Of a DNA stretch of 64,000 nucleotides, positions 62,841 through 64,000 are shown piece after piece; the first letter of the stretch is position 1, and every line of letters begins with the position of its first letter. Made by a program: the position numbers and the translations under genes. A model generated the notes under the pieces. That model made no database searches. It saw only the letters and a list, made by a program, of their open reading frames with translations, and was not told the origin of the DNA. The stretch comes from Mytilus californianus. Lineage: Eukaryota. The stretch is taken from positions 35,836,001 to 35,900,000 of the forward strand of contig NW_026262745.1 in the NCBI RefSeq assembly GCF_021869535.1, written 5' to 3'.

Positions 62841-64000
62841 CATGAATATTGTGCAGTGATCACACCGATATTTTTATGTCGGAAGTTATACGGTTACTTT
62901 TTTGATATCGTGGAGTAATTAATGCATGAAGTTGTAAATCAATGTTTGTTTACACAGTTTTAGCTGCTACATCCCAATTATTGTCAAGTTTACCAATTAT
63001 GTCTGTTTAGGTTGTTTATCCAATTTTGTCAATGTGACGGAACTATAAACAACTGTACTGTAAGTGAGAGGTTTAGCTAGCTATCAAACCAGGTGAAACC
63101 ATCAATTGTTTCTTAGGAAAAAGATTGTACCAAGTTAGGAATATGACAGTTGTTTTTCCGTTCGTTCCGTTGGTTGATTTAGTCGAGCGTTTGATTCTGA
63201 GACGTTTTCTGGACTTCCCACTTTTTGAATATAACTTGGAGTTTGGTATTTTTCTTAATACTTCTTGATATTTACGTGTGTGTTTAACTTCCATTACAAT
63301 ATAAACATCAATGGTTTAAACTGGTTAAGTAAATACTTATAAAGGTGATAAGAATATGAAATATCCTTTTACTCTTTCCTTTTTTGCTGACTTGATTTAA
63401 TGATAAATAATATGATTATAACTATGTATTATTGTTGCTTTTTTAATGAAATCTACACTGAGCTATGCACATCGATATAAGAGTGTAGGACGGCATGGTT
63501 ACATATCAGTATGTCTAGCCAGCTTTAATAATTTCGAGCAATTTGACAAATGTCTCTGCTATTTTGTTGTTTATTTTTTGTAAGTTTTATTATTTTTTTC
63601 GGGGGTGATTGGCGGCTTGTTATATCATTTGTATCGGATAAAATTGAAAAGCTCTTACCAATATTTGTATGTTCCATATCTTCAATAAATCAACTAATTG
63701 GGATTCACAAGGGAAGATAGAGATAAAAGAAAATAAACTGAATGCTACCATATGATTTTGTGTTTTTTCTGTCAGGAACCTAAACAACAGTAGTCTTTCC
63801 TCATATCTTTATGAATTGTCATTCGGGGAAATAGGTGTCAACGACAAAGCTTGAATAATATATTTTTTAATATTTTATTTTATCTAGTTTAAGCACATGG
63901 TGAATTTGAGCATAATTTGTTTAATGAAAAAAATGTTATATTTTGGACGACGAACTGTGTTATCTATATATCTGGTATTGTGGTGTGTGGTTACTGTCTC

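Noticed and set aside
1-64000. rRNA, tRNA genes, CRISPR arrays or prokaryotic operons
   Set aside because: None seen. Tandem repeats lack unique spacers, the SINE heads are truncated so no tRNA-like region remains, and spliceosomal introns with metazoan transposons indicate animal nuclear DNA

Overview
AT-rich eukaryotic genomic DNA. The repeat families and gene type point to a bivalve, most likely a Mytilus mussel (inference; no search was run). One host gene is supported: a 5-exon + strand gene (16856-25807, about 382 aa). It has an N-terminal coiled coil, a Mieap/SPATA18-like C-terminal domain and a disabled ancestral C-terminal tail (25808-26705). The rest is mostly mobile DNA: an intron-containing Crypton tyrosine-recombinase relic beside two long DNA palindromes; a young BEL/Pao LTR element (99% identical LTRs, 5-bp TSD) that keeps Gag and protease but lacks RT/RNaseH and the integrase core; an L1/Tx1 LINE; a CR1/L2-group LINE with a 2A StopGo motif; a Harbinger relic; SINEs; MITEs; Helitron-like non-autonomous elements; seven hammerhead-ribozyme (retrozyme-like) loci; and many 3' ends of Naiad-type Penelope-like elements. 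The most striking signal is a textbook type II SECIS (selenocysteine insertion) hairpin in the 3' UTR of a recently active Naiad-type element (62462-62524, minus strand). A sequence-divergent, core-mutated structural counterpart lies at the equivalent position in a second subfamily (46192-46258). No rRNA, tRNA or CRISPR array was seen. All structures and alignments were done by eye.
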